DNA of 64,000 nucleotides from Actinomycetota bacterium (GCA_003168215.1 PMSW01000095.1:7025-71024); one strand, 5' to 3'; positions 16,005 to 26,170 are shown, counted from the first letter of the stretch. Numbers and translations: made by a program. The notes: a model not told the origin generated them from the letters alone.

Positions 16005-16973
16005 ATGCCGAACATCTCACCGGCGGGTGCCGTCCGGGTCGCGGTTACGGTCGACGACTTCGTGCTGTGGGACGGCCTCCCGATGCCAGACGGCATTACG
16101 CCGCTGGTCATCACCAAGTCGCTGGCAGCCACGCTCGCCGATCACGGCCTGACGGGTATCTACGGGTTCTCGCACACCCATCGGCTTGAGGCAGACCCCG
16201 GCCTGATGGCCGCCTGGGAATCCTGGATCGAGGCCGGGCACCACCTGGGTAATCACACGCACTTGCATGCCCCGCTGCGATGGATGTCGGGCGACCAGTA
16301 CTGCGCCGACATCGACAAGGCCGAGGGCCTCATCGGCAGCCTCATCGAGCTGGCCCCCGAGCGCTACTTCCGGTACGCCATGGACATGGTCGGCGAGACT
16401 GAGACCAAGCACGGGCAGGTCGAGGACCACATTCGTGCGTCCGGTTACCAGAACGCGCCGATCACCGCATGGTTCAGCGACTTCGCGTGGATCGTGCCTT
16501 ATTACCGTGCCGTCGTGTCCGGGGACCAGGACGCGCAGCGCATGCTGCAGGAAACCTACATCTCCTCGGCAATCGAGCAGCTGGCAGCACACGCGGAGCT
16601 GGCCAGAAAGCTGTTCGGCCAGGACATCCCTCTTATCTGGCTGATCCACGGCACGACGATCGCGATGGACACGCTGGGCGCGATCCTGGACGCCTTCACT
16701 GAGCGAGGAGTGGAGTTCATATCCCTGCGGGAGGCAATGACCCATCCCGCGAATTTCGGGATGGCGCCCTGCAACTCCGAGTTCCTCCGCAACCATCTTC
16801 AGCGGTACGCGATGGCCGCCGGCATCCCGGAACCGCATCTGGACCCGCAGCTGTTCGGCCAGGTCATGACCGCCGCCCCGCTCGATGGCTACGACTCCGT
16901 CCCGGTGTATGAAGAGGGCATGCTCAAACCACTCGCACAGCGGGCCGGCGCCACCTACGACTGGACCTGGTAG
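16005..16973 (+). CDS. Polysaccharide deacetylase-family (NodB-like) protein
   Basis: VTVDDF...GNHTHLH motifs. AAGGGA RBS 6 nt before ATG 16005; the track ORF starts at GTG 15963. Confidence 0.75.
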   Translation: MPNISPAGAVRVAVTVDDFVLWDGLPMPDGITPLVITKSLAATLADHGLTGIYGFSHTHRLEADPGLMAAWESWIEAGHHLGNHTHLHAPLRWMSGDQYCADIDKAEGLIGSLIELAPERYFRYAMDMVGETETKHGQVEDHIRASGYQNAPITAWFSDFAWIVPYYRAVVSGDQDAQRMLQETYISSAIEQLAAHAELARKLFGQDIPLIWLIHGTTIAMDTLGAILDAFTERGVEFISLREAMTHPANFGMAPCNSEFLRNHLQRYAMAAGIPEPHLDPQLFGQVMTAAPLDGYDSVPVYEEGMLKPLAQRAGATYDWTW

Positions 16974-17044
16974 GAGGCTGCTGCCGGGGCCCGAGCACGG
17001 CCTGTAGTTATCCGAGTTCTGGCGTTATTCTGCGGTCAGGTCCG

Positions 17045-18064
17045 GTGTTAGCGAGGTCCGCCGTGTACGCACGTGACTCATACCGCTGCAGCAACGTGGC
17101 GGTAACGGAGCGAGCCGAGTGGTGGAGCGAGATCGTCTCCTCGATCCATGCCCGGATGGCGATCCGAGTGCCCGACGACTACCGCGGACGGATCGAGCAC
17201 CAGCACACCGGCGCCTACCAGCTGGTGCGATGGTGGGGCGACGAGGAGTTCATCAAGCGGACCGGCCGCCAGGTTCAGCAGGATCCGCACTTGGCCTACG
17301 AATTGCTGGTCCCTGTCACCGGGTCAATGACTGTCCGCCAGGCGCACACGACGGTGACGCTCGAGCCAGGCGGCATGTCGCTCGTCAGCCTGGATGCGCC
17401 GATGGACATGTGGCACAGCAGCAACTTCTCGTGCCTTGCGCTAGTGATACCCCAGGCCCGCATCGACGCCCGCATCGGCGGAAGGCCGGCCCGGACCATC
17501 GCGCTTAATGCCGGCCATGGCATGGGCCGGATCGTGGCCGACCTCCTGAGAAGCTTGCGCGGCCAGGCGCACACGATCAGCGGGCTGGATTTCGACGCTG
17601 CCGCCGACCGGGCCGTGGACCTGCTGTGCCTCGCCTACGGAGGGGCGCTGCTGCCGCCGGCGTGCGAATCTCAGGATGATCTCATCGCAACGATCCGCTG
17701 CTTCGTGCGCGCGAACGCTCATGACATCTCACTGACGGGCGCGACAGTCGCCGCAGAGCTCGGCTGGTCGCTACGCCAGATCCAGGCGCAGCTCCAGCGT
17801 GTCGGCACGACGCCGTCCCTGCTAATCCGGGAAGAACGGCTCGAGCTCGCCCGGCTGAGGCTGCAGCACCCCGGCTGGGACCACCGCACGGTGGCCAGCG
17901 TCGCCACCTCGTCGGGGTTCAGCAACGCCAGTACCTTCAGCAACGCCTACCGGGAGCATTTCGGCGAACGGCCGACCGACACGCGGGAGCGCTGCCGCGC
18001 ACATCGCGTCCCTGAGCCGCAGCGGCCGGCGCCGTCGGCAGCAGCCGGTGCGCGCGGGAAATGA
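17045..18064 (+). CDS. AraC-family transcriptional regulator
   Basis: N-terminal AraC-type effector domain (ERAEWWSEIVS) and C-terminal double HTH (VASVATSSGFSNASTFSNAYREHFGERP). Confidence 0.85.
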   Translation: MLARSAVYARDSYRCSNVAVTERAEWWSEIVSSIHARMAIRVPDDYRGRIEHQHTGAYQLVRWWGDEEFIKRTGRQVQQDPHLAYELLVPVTGSMTVRQAHTTVTLEPGGMSLVSLDAPMDMWHSSNFSCLALVIPQARIDARIGGRPARTIALNAGHGMGRIVADLLRSLRGQAHTISGLDFDAAADRAVDLLCLAYGGALLPPACESQDDLIATIRCFVRANAHDISLTGATVAAELGWSLRQIQAQLQRVGTTPSLLIREERLELARLRLQHPGWDHRTVASVATSSGFSNASTFSNAYREHFGERPTDTRERCRAHRVPEPQRPAPSAAAGARGK

Positions 18065-18207
18065 GCCGTGCGCTTGCGGTCAACCGCAGGCCGGCTGCGT
18101 AGCCTAGCCTGCGAAGTCATGAACGCAGTCGTGATGGTCATCCCGGGACGGGTGCCGCTGGCATCCGACCGGCCCACTCGTGATGCGATGCCTTGCGGGA
18201 CGTCTCG

Positions 18208-19206
18208 ATGGTGACCGCCCGCGAGCTGGTGCTCTCGCGTCGACCGCAGGAACGGATCGGCCCGGATTGCTTCACGCTTGTCGAGCGCGAACTGCCAGCC
18301 CTCCAGCAAGGTCAGTTGCTTGTCCGGGCCGACTGTTTCAGCGTCGATCCGTCGATGATCCCCCGGCTCTTCGTGGACACATACGCGCCGGCTTTCGAGC
18401 TTGGGGTCCCGGTAGAGGCGAGGGCCGTCAGCCAGGTCGTGCAATCCACCGCGGACGACTGGTCAGAAGGTGACTGGGCGGTCTGCTGGGGAGGGTGGCG
18501 TGACTACGCCGTGCTCGATGCGACTGCTGCGACGCGCATCGAGCCACGCCACGGCCTGCCTCCGCACACCTGGCTGCACGTCCTGGGCGTTCCGGGACTG
18601 ACCGCCTACATCGGCCTGGCCGATATTGCGCGGATGCGACCGGGTGACCGGGTCTGGGTGTCCGCCGCAGCCGGTGCCGTCGGATCAGTCGCGGCCCAGA
18701 TGGCAAAGGCCCGCGGCGCCTCGCTGGTAGTAGGAAGCGCCAGGGGGGACGGCAAGGCGCGGTACCTTACTGACATTCTCGGGCTCGACGCGGCCGTCGA
18801 CTATGGGGCCGGTCATCTCACCGATCAGCTGCGCGCGGTTGCGCCGGAGGGTATCGATCTCTATTTCGACAACGTTGGCGGTGATCACCTCGAGGCAGCA
18901 ATCGACCTTCTTCGCATCGGCGGCCGGGCTGCCATCTGCGGGATGATCTCGGGCTACGGGAAACCGCCAGGACCCGGGCCGGGCAACCTCACGCACCTCA
19001 TCGTCAAGCGCCTTCGAGTCGAGGGCTTCCTGGTTCTCGATCACCTCCACCGCAGAGCCGCATTTGAGGAAGAGACCCTCCCGCTCGTCGAGGATGGCAC
19101 GCTCCGCTGCGAGGTGACCGAGTTCGACGGCCTGGAAAGCGCGCCGCGGGCACTGCTCTCGTTGCTCGACGGTGGAAAGCTCGGCAAGGCGCTGGTCAGG
19201 CCCTGA
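18208..19206 (+). CDS. NADP-dependent oxidoreductase (MDR superfamily, YncB/CurA-like)
   Basis: AAAGAVGSVAAQMAKARGA Rossmann motif and ene-reductase-like layout. Confidence 0.85.
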   Translation: MVTARELVLSRRPQERIGPDCFTLVERELPALQQGQLLVRADCFSVDPSMIPRLFVDTYAPAFELGVPVEARAVSQVVQSTADDWSEGDWAVCWGGWRDYAVLDATAATRIEPRHGLPPHTWLHVLGVPGLTAYIGLADIARMRPGDRVWVSAAAGAVGSVAAQMAKARGASLVVGSARGDGKARYLTDILGLDAAVDYGAGHLTDQLRAVAPEGIDLYFDNVGGDHLEAAIDLLRIGGRAAICGMISGYGKPPGPGPGNLTHLIVKRLRVEGFLVLDHLHRRAAFEEETLPLVEDGTLRCEVTEFDGLESAPRALLSLLDGGKLGKALVRP

Positions 19207-19384
19207 AGGGAGCACAGGGGTCGCCCACTCGGGCCCGTCTCGGGGTTCGATCCAGCGCTCGCAGCGGCGCGTGATGCTGCCACGGGCATGCGCACGGCCC
19301 GTCAAATGAGCCATTAAATTAGTTCACGGCACCGCCAGGCGCCTGTTCCGCGGCGGCCAGGACGGGTGTTTCCGCAGTTCGGGG

Positions 19385-19488
19385 TGGCGGAGGATGCGAG
19401 ATTCGAACTCGCGAGGGCTTGCACCCAACACGCTTTCCAACAAGGTTGGCCAGCGTCCGCCGGGAGCCGCCACCGTCCGTGACCTGCC
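19385..19488 (-). repeat. tRNA-Ser 3'-half fragment (19385-19440) plus att arm (19441-19488)
   Basis: 56 nt identical to 7247-7302. The arm is 89% identical to 14651-14704. GGCGAACGG at 19512. Confidence 0.85.
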
Positions 19489-19813
19489 CGGATTCGCTCC
19501 GGATGGCCGTCGGCGAACGGCTCATTCCGGTGCGCAGCCTGGAAGGCTCAGAAAGGGGTTGGGCGGCGTATCAGGGCCGCCACCGTCCGCTCTGTGTCCC
19601 CTGCGCTGGTCCGCATTCCGGGACAGCGCAGGGCCGCGGGCAAGGACGCGACCGGCCGCGGACGGGACCGGTGGGAGCGGTTACGCTGACCGTCCGTCCG
19701 GCTTGCTGGCCGCTGATCAGGGTGCGGATGATGCGGTTGGGCTTGGCCGGACGTCCGCCGATGCCTCTGGCCCGTTCACGAAGGCGCGTCTGCTGACCTG
19801 TAGGGGCGCGTTG

Positions 19814-21952
19814 TCACCGTAAGTCTGCGTCAGGCCGGGCGACGCCAAGTGACCGGGCGAGGAACGCGAGCTCGTGCAGCGGCAGCTGGCCGAGAGCGTC
19901 GGCCGCCATGTGGGTGGCGCCGGACAGCGGCAGGACCTGGTGCGGTCGGCCGGCCGCGAGCAGCGCCGCCGACATCCGGAGCGTGTGAGCCACTACCACG
20001 TTGTCGTCGGCCATCCCGTGGATCAGCAGCAGCGGCCTGGTCAGGCTGGCGGCCTCGGTGATGGTGGAGGACCGGTCGTATCCTTCCGGGTTCTGCTGTG
20101 GCAGGCCGAGGAACCGCTCCCGCCAGTGCGTGTCGTAGAGCCGCTGATCGTGCGGCGCGGCCCCGGAAACGGCCGCGTGGAACACGTCGGGGCGGCGGAT
20201 CACGGCGATGGCCGCGAGCGCCCCGCCGTAGGACCAGCCGCGGATCCCCACCCGCCCCCGGTCCAGGTCGGGGAACTGAGCGGAGATCGCGTCGAGCGCG
20301 TCCACCTGATCGTCCAGCGGCGCGGCCAGGGTGTCACCGAACACGGCCTTCGACCATTGCGGCCCGCGACCGGGCGTGCCGCGCCCGTCAATGACCAGGA
20401 CGGCGAAGCCCTGCTCGGCGAACCACTGTTCTTCGCAGAACGCCGCGTCACGCGCGCGGACCACCCGCTGCATGAATGGGCCGCCGTACGGGCTCAGCAG
20501 CACGGGGAGCCGCGTTCCCGGCTGGTACCACGACGGCAGCAGCAGGGCAGCGCGCAGCTTTCTGGCGCCGACAGTCAGCCACGTGATCCGCGGCTCGAGC
20601 AATGGTTCGGCTTCGAGGCTGGCGATGGCTGCCCGGGTCCCGTCGCGCCAGGCGACCGCTGCGGCGCTGCCCCCTTCGGTGCGCGAGAGCACGACGACCG
20701 TGCCGCCGGCCGCCGCGCCGTCGTGCACGCCAGGGTCCGCGCTGCACCGCGACATGCCCTGCCCCGGGTCGTACCGCCACAGGTGCCGCTCGGTCGGGTC
20801 GTGTTCATCGGTGGCGGTGAAGTAGACGGCCTCGCCGTCGGTTCCGCTGACCGAGCCGACGTGCAGCCCGTCCGGCGTGACGGCAGCGCCGCCGACCACC
20901 AGACGGCGTGAGCCGCCCCGGTCGGACACGGTGACCAGGTCCCCGGCGCTGGTCCGCGCCGGGGTGCCGGGCGCTAGCTCGACCCAGGCGTCGTCGCGCT
21001 CGGTGTGCAGGAGCGTTGTCTGTCCGGTGACGGCGTCGGCTGCCAGCACCATGACGGTCCGCTGGTCCCGGCTCTGCACGCTGAGCAGCGGCCCCTGGGA
21101 GTCCCACTCCGCGGCCGCCAGGTACTCGTATGTGCTGCGGTCCCACGTGACCTCGGTCCTGGTCCCGTCAAGCCGCAGCACGTGCAGGGTGACGTCCGCG
21201 TTGGCGGTGCCGGCCGCCGGGTACCTGACCGCGCGCGGCGCCCGCTCCGGATCAGCGGGGTCTGCGATCCACCAGCGCCGGACGGGAGAATTGTCGACCC
21301 GCGCAGCCAGCAGCCGCCGGCCGTCGGGAGCCCACCAGTAGCCGCGGAACCTGAGCATGGACTCGGCCGCGACATGCTCCGCCAGGCCGTAGGAAACCTC
21401 GTCGTGCTCAGGGGCGGCCAGCAGGCGGCCTGTCCCGTCGGCCAGCTCGGTCACGTGCAGCGCGCCGTCCGCGACGTAGGCCACCCGCTGCCCCGCAGGG
21501 TCGATCCGCGGGTCCGTGGCCGCGCCAGCGGCAGGCACCGGTTCCGGGACGCCGGCCGGCGCGCGCGGGTCGTCGCCGAGGCCCAGCACCCACAGCCGCC
21601 CGTCCAGCGCGAACACGACCGTCCGGCAGTCCGCGTCGGCCGAGTAGGCCACGATCCCGGCCGCGGTCTCGCGTGCCCGTTCCCGCCGGACGCGCTCAGC
21701 CTCGGGCACATCGCCAGGACCGAAGTGCCACGACGCCGCCGGATCGATGATAAGCCGCTCGCGGACTCCGCCGCCGTCCCCCGCGCCGTCGGCCAGGTCC
21801 AGCCCCCAAAGGCACGTGACCGGGTCTTCACCGCCCCGGGTGCGGAGAAACAGCACACGCCCGCCATCCTGGGAGACCGTCACCGCGTGCGGAATGCCAA
21901 GCGTGAAGTACTTAGTGCTGGCCAGCTGCCGGGGGAAGTCGTCGATCGCCAC
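19814..21952 (-). CDS. S9-family serine peptidase (DPP-IV N-terminal propeller plus prolyl oligopeptidase catalytic domain)
   Basis: GWSYGG nucleophile motif and C-terminal D/H region. Typical N-terminus VAIDDFPRQLASTKYFTLG at GTG 21952; the ORF remains open to 22204. Confidence 0.85.
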   Translation of the reverse strand: MAIDDFPRQLASTKYFTLGIPHAVTVSQDGGRVLFLRTRGGEDPVTCLWGLDLADGAGDGGGVRERLIIDPAASWHFGPGDVPEAERVRRERARETAAGIVAYSADADCRTVVFALDGRLWVLGLGDDPRAPAGVPEPVPAAGAATDPRIDPAGQRVAYVADGALHVTELADGTGRLLAAPEHDEVSYGLAEHVAAESMLRFRGYWWAPDGRRLLAARVDNSPVRRWWIADPADPERAPRAVRYPAAGTANADVTLHVLRLDGTRTEVTWDRSTYEYLAAAEWDSQGPLLSVQSRDQRTVMVLAADAVTGQTTLLHTERDDAWVELAPGTPARTSAGDLVTVSDRGGSRRLVVGGAAVTPDGLHVGSVSGTDGEAVYFTATDEHDPTERHLWRYDPGQGMSRCSADPGVHDGAAAGGTVVVLSRTEGGSAAAVAWRDGTRAAIASLEAEPLLEPRITWLTVGARKLRAALLLPSWYQPGTRLPVLLSPYGGPFMQRVVRARDAAFCEEQWFAEQGFAVLVIDGRGTPGRGPQWSKAVFGDTLAAPLDDQVDALDAISAQFPDLDRGRVGIRGWSYGGALAAIAVIRRPDVFHAAVSGAAPHDQRLYDTHWRERFLGLPQQNPEGYDRSSTITEAASLTRPLLLIHGMADDNVVVAHTLRMSAALLAAGRPHQVLPLSGATHMAADALGQLPLHELAFLARSLGVARPDADLR

Positions 21953-22706
21953 GCCAGCAATCTGCCACGCGGCCCCGTCGCCGCACCACGGGTTAACCGG
22001 TCCCCGGACGCGGGCAGTGGCCCAGGTCACCGTCCAACCGCCGCGGCGCCGCCAGCCCCACCGTGCCGCAATGGCGGCCACCACCTGAAAGCCACAGCCG
22101 TGACCGTCCCTCCCGACCCGCCATGCCCCGCCAGCTCCAGGATGATGGCCCGGATCGACGACGACAGGGGAGGGATCAACGCACCACTGTGGGTTACACA
22201 TCAAGACGGAACATGTCGTCAGCGCGGCCCGTAGCCGTCCGCGGAAAACCGACGGCTACACCAGCTATGCGACAGGCACGGACACCATCCGCTACACGTC
22301 CGCGGATGCCGAAGGGGGCGCTGAACACTCTTTAAGGGAGCGAAATTCCCGGCCGCTGCGCGACCGGATTCCCGGCCATATCGGCGGGTCGGCGCGCGTT
22401 CTCCTCGAACTCCCCGATCACTCAGTGTGATGCCGTCTGTAAGTTGGCGGGTGTCCGGCCGCGCAACAGCAACCTGCACCCAGGTCGCGGACGGTCCCGG
22501 CCAGCCCTGAACTGTAGGGCGCACGCTCCGGCGGCGTGCACCTCTCCGTTCATGGCCGTCTGGCATGCCTGTGACCTGGCAAAATAGGGCAGCCTTAAGC
22601 CGCCGAGGGCGCCTTCCGACGCTCAGAACTGAGACCACAAATGAGACCGGCGGAAACTCGGAGCGCCTGGCGGTCGGTGGCGATGAACAGTGTTTGCAGG
22701 TCAGGG

Positions 22707-22794
22707 TGGCGGAGGATAGGAGATTCGAACTCCTGAGGGGTTTCCCCCAACACGCTTTCCAAGCGTGCGCCCTAGGCCACTAGGCGAATCCTCC
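22707..22794 (-). tRNA. tRNA-Ser (anticodon GGA), CCA encoded
   Basis: Sense strand GGAGGAT...CACGC-TTGGAAA-GCGTG...AGGAG-TTCGAAT-CTCCT-ATCCTCC-G-CCA. Long variable arm GGGG-GAAA-CCCC. Confidence 0.9.
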
Positions 22795-22886
22795 GTCGTC
22801 AAGCCTACCGACTCCCGGACCGAGCCGGCGCCCTGCCCGGGATCGGGGACGGCAGCGTCCGGCGGCTGGCTACACTAACCTCCAGA

Positions 22887-22970
22887 CCCCTCGCACGGCG
22901 TTTATCCCGCCAACTCCCCCAGGGCCGGAAGGCAGCAAGGGTACGCGGGCTCTGGCGGGTGTGCGGGGGG
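22887..22970 (+). ncRNA. ffs: Signal recognition particle RNA (small bacterial 4.5S type)
   Basis: Conserved domain IV core CAGGGCCGGAAGGCAGCAAGGGTA. Closing helix CCCCTCGCAC/GTGCGGGGGG. Canonical position upstream of dnaX. Ends approximate. Confidence 0.7.
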
Positions 22971-22998
22971 TCCCTTCCGTCCTGGTAAGGATGAGGTC

Positions 22999-24939
22999 AT
23001 GGCAGGCGACGTGCCCAGTCCCGTCCCCGTGGATCCGGCTGGCCCCCGGGCTCCCGCTGTCCGGCTGGCGCTGTACCGCCGGTACCGGCCGGCCACTTTC
23101 GCCGAGCTCAAGGGGCAGGATCACGTCACCGAGCCACTCCGGCAGGCGCTGCGCAGCGGCCGGGTCAATCATGCCTACCTGTTCAGCGGGCCGCGCGGCT
23201 GCGGTAAGACGTCCAGTGCCAGGATCCTGGCGCGCTCGCTGAACTGTGAGCAGGGCCCGACGCCGGATCCGTGCGGCGAGTGCGAGTCCTGCATAGCACT
23301 GGCCCCGTCCGGGCCCGGCAGCATCGACGTGATCGAAATCGACGCGGCCTCGCACGGCGGCGTGGATGATGCCAGGGACCTGCGGGAGCGTGCCTTCTAC
23401 TCCCCTGTCTCCGCCCGCTTCAAGATCTACATTATCGACGAGGCGCACATGGTGACCGGGGGCGGCTTCAACGCCCTGCTCAAGCTGGTCGAGGAGCCGC
23501 CGCCGCACCTGAAATTCGTCTTTGCCACCACGGAGCCGGACAAGGTCATCCCGACGATCCGGTCCAGGACCCATCACTACCCGTTCCGGCTCCTGGCGCC
23601 CGGTGTGCTGCGGGAACTGCTCGAGGAGATCCTCGCCAGCGAGGACGTCAAGTACGAGCCGTCGGTCCTGCCGGTCGTGGTCCGGGCCGGCGCGGGCTCG
23701 GCGCGCGACTCGCTCTCGATCCTTGACCAGCTGCTCTCAGGATCTGGCGAGGAGGGGCTTACTTACGAGCGCGCGATCGCCCTGCTCGGCTTTACGGACG
23801 AGAGCCTGCTCGATGAGGTCACCGAGGCATTCTCCGGCGGAGACGGGGCAGCCGTCTTTCATGCCGTCGACCGGGTCGTGGAGAGCGGCCACGACCCCCG
23901 GAGGTTCGCCGCTGACCTGCTCGACCGCCTGCGCGACCTGATCGTCCTCGCCGCTGTCCCGGCAGCGGCGGACACCGGGCTGCTCGACATACCCGCCGAC
24001 CGGCTTGAGCGGATGCGCGCGCAGACGGAAAAGTTCGGCCAGGCCCAGCTCACGAGGGCTGCCGAGGTCATCAGCGCCGGGCTGGTGGAGATGCGCGGGG
24101 CGACGTCGCCGAGGCTGCTGCTCGAGCTCATGTGCGCGCAGGTGCTGCTGCCCGGCGCCGCCACGGGCGAGCTGGCGATGCTGGCAAGGCTGGAAACGCT
24201 CGAGCGCAGGATCGCGGCCGGCGCCGAGGCAGGCGCGGCAGGTGACGGCCAGCCCGCGACGGCGAGGTCGCGTACCGCGGCAGCCGTGCCCGATCACAGC
24301 CCCGCGCCGGCCGCTGAGAGCACTCCGCGGCCGCACGGCGATCGGCCGGCCGCGGGCGCCCCGCCAGTGCGGGACAGCATGCCGGACAAGGCCCCCGGCC
24401 GGCCGGCCGGCCCAGGCCGGGCCGACACCGACTCGGTCAGGGAACGCTGGCCGGAAGTACTCGAGGCGGTCAAGCGCGAGCGCCGGGTAGCCTGGATCCT
24501 GCTCGAAAACGCTACTGTCGAGTCGCTGAGCGATGGGGTCCTGACCCTTAATTTCAGCAATGAGGGCTACGCGAAGGGCTTTTCCGCCAGCAGCTACGAC
24601 CGTGATCTCGGGCGTGTGCTGCAGGCGGTCTTCGGCACGACTCCGCAGATCAGGTCAATGTCCGGCCAATCCGCCGGGGGCGCGCCCGCCGCCCGGCCCG
24701 GCCGCGGCGGGTCGCAAGGGCAGCAGGCTACGGCGAGCCGTCAGGCCCCTGCTCACCGTCCGGTCCCGGCCAGCCAGCAAGATCCCCCCGGCCGGCCCGG
24801 TGACGACTTCGCCGGTGACCCCGGCCCGTACGACTCGGAGCCTGCCAGCCAAGACGACGGCGGAGACTCGCTCACCGGCATGGATCTCATCCAGCGCGAG
24901 CTCGGCGGCAAGGTCATCGAGGAGCTCGGCGACGGCTAA
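22999..24939 (+). CDS. dnaX: DNA polymerase III subunit gamma/tau
   Basis: LYRRYRPATFAELKGQDHV, Walker A GPRGCGKTS, zinc module CGECESC, then a long Pro/Ala-rich tau region. Confidence 0.95.
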   Translation: MAGDVPSPVPVDPAGPRAPAVRLALYRRYRPATFAELKGQDHVTEPLRQALRSGRVNHAYLFSGPRGCGKTSSARILARSLNCEQGPTPDPCGECESCIALAPSGPGSIDVIEIDAASHGGVDDARDLRERAFYSPVSARFKIYIIDEAHMVTGGGFNALLKLVEEPPPHLKFVFATTEPDKVIPTIRSRTHHYPFRLLAPGVLRELLEEILASEDVKYEPSVLPVVVRAGAGSARDSLSILDQLLSGSGEEGLTYERAIALLGFTDESLLDEVTEAFSGGDGAAVFHAVDRVVESGHDPRRFAADLLDRLRDLIVLAAVPAAADTGLLDIPADRLERMRAQTEKFGQAQLTRAAEVISAGLVEMRGATSPRLLLELMCAQVLLPGAATGELAMLARLETLERRIAAGAEAGAAGDGQPATARSRTAAAVPDHSPAPAAESTPRPHGDRPAAGAPPVRDSMPDKAPGRPAGPGRADTDSVRERWPEVLEAVKRERRVAWILLENATVESLSDGVLTLNFSNEGYAKGFSASSYDRDLGRVLQAVFGTTPQIRSMSGQSAGGAPAARPGRGGSQGQQATASRQAPAHRPVPASQQDPPGRPGDDFAGDPGPYDSEPASQDDGGDSLTGMDLIQRELGGKVIEELGDG

Positions 24940-25086
24940 TCGCCGCTGTAAAAGTTGGCGACGATGGCTGCCCGATCGGTGCTGCGATGATGCCCGGCCG
25001 TCCCGGCAGGCTTAGGCTCGGAGACGACAGGCGATCCCGGTGCGCCCCCCGCGCGCCGGGATGCGTGGGCCCATCGCGAAGACGCG

Positions 25087-25527
25087 ATGACAACAGCAGA
25101 TGGGGGCAACGTGGACCCTGGCGGTCAGTTGGACATGCAGCAACTGCTCGCCGCGGCGCAGCAGATGCAGGAACAGCTCCTGAACGCGCAAGAGGAGCTG
25201 GCCGACACCGAAGTGGAAGGCTCGGCAGGCGGCGGTCTCGTGAAGGCGATCGTCAACGGGCAGGGCGAGCTGGTGGACCTCACCATCGACGCTGCCGCCA
25301 TTGACCCCGCCAGCCCTGAGGAATCCGCGCAGACGGTAGCCGACCTCGTGCTCGCCGCGGTCCGCGATGCCAACCGCGTGGCCAGCGAGCTGCAGCAGGA
25401 GATGATGGGCCCCTTCGCGGCCGGCTTCGGCGGCGCCCCGGCGGGAGACACGGGACTGCCCGGCTTGCCGGGGTTCCCCGGCCTGCCCGGCCTCGGCGGG
25501 CCGGCCGGCCCCCCGGACGGGAACTGA
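25087..25527 (+). CDS. ybaB: YbaB/EbfC nucleoid-associated protein
   Basis: [23 protein letters not shown]...[17 protein letters not shown]. Gly/Pro-rich tail. Confidence 0.9.
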   Translation: MTTADGGNVDPGGQLDMQQLLAAAQQMQEQLLNAQEELADTEVEGSAGGGLVKAIVNGQGELVDLTIDAAAIDPASPEESAQTVADLVLAAVRDANRVASELQQEMMGPFAAGFGGAPAGDTGLPGLPGFPGLPGLGGPAGPPDGN

Positions 25528-25528
25528 G

Positions 25529-26128
25529 GTGTACGAAGGCATCGTTCAGAGTCTCATCGACGAACTCGGCCTGCTCCCTGGCGTCGGCCCGAAGGGCGCG
25601 CAGCGAATCGCGTTCCACCTGCTGACCGCAGACCCGTCGGACGTGCGCCGCCTTGCATCCGTCCTGCTCGAGGTGATGGAGAAGGTGAAATTCTGCCGCA
25701 CCTGCGGCAATGTGGCCGAGCAAGACGAGTGCCGGATCTGCCGGGACCAGCGCCGCGATCTGTCGATGATCTGCGTGGTGGAAGAGCCGAAGGACGTCGC
25801 GGCGATTGAGAAGATCCGCGAGTTCCGGGGCCGCTACCATGTCCTCGGCGGCGCGATCAGCCCCATCGACGGAGTCGGCCCGGAAGATCTGCGGATCAAG
25901 GAGCTGATGACGCGGCTGGCCGACGGCACCATTACCGAGCTGATCCTCGCCACCGACCCCAACCTAGAGGGCGAGGCGACAGCGACGTACCTGGCCCGGC
26001 TGATCAAGCCCCTCGGGATCCGGGTGACCAGGCCCGCCAGCGGCCTGCCGGTCGGCGGCGAGCTTGAGTACGCCGACGAGGTCACCCTGGGACGCGCATT
26101 CGAAGGACGGAGGCTGATAGATGTCTAA
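25529..26128 (+). CDS. recR: Recombination protein RecR
   Basis: [17 protein letters not shown] helix-hairpin-helix, C4 zinc finger CRTCGN...CRIC, Toprim domain. Confidence 0.95.
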   Translation: MYEGIVQSLIDELGLLPGVGPKGAQRIAFHLLTADPSDVRRLASVLLEVMEKVKFCRTCGNVAEQDECRICRDQRRDLSMICVVEEPKDVAAIEKIREFRGRYHVLGGAISPIDGVGPEDLRIKELMTRLADGTITELILATDPNLEGEATATYLARLIKPLGIRVTRPASGLPVGGELEYADEVTLGRAFEGRRLIDV

Positions 26129-26170
26129 CGCACCGGACCCGGAGCTGCCTCGAGAACGAGGCGGGTCCCG

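Larger units (their letters stand above)
7247..22794 (-). mobile_element. Putative degraded tandem array of tRNA-Ser-integrated genomic islands (no integrase left)
   Basis: Intact tRNA-Ser(GGA) at the high-coordinate end. Same-orientation 3'-half repeats 3.3 kb and 15.4 kb downstream. Three related flanking arms. Cargo is accessory in type. Confidence 0.45.

Noticed and set aside
19385-19489. Possibility that the tRNA-like copies are intact but unusual tRNAs (for example D-arm-less or Sec-like)
   Set aside because: The sequence 5' of the anticodon loop cannot form the anticodon stem (CCTTG versus the required CACGC). Only 5 of 7 acceptor pairs are possible with the best candidate, and just 14 nt are available where about 25 are needed. 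The 7.3-kb copy likewise lacks an anticodon-stem 5' strand and an acceptor partner.
22219-22638. 139-aa minus-strand ORF between the S9 peptidase and the tRNA-Ser
   Set aside because: It has no start context and Arg-rich composition. It is treated as a non-coding or decayed leader of the islet.
22999-24939. Programmed ribosomal frameshift in dnaX producing a gamma subunit
   Set aside because: I did not see an A-rich slippery heptamer (A AAA AAG type) in the gene. My scan was by eye only.
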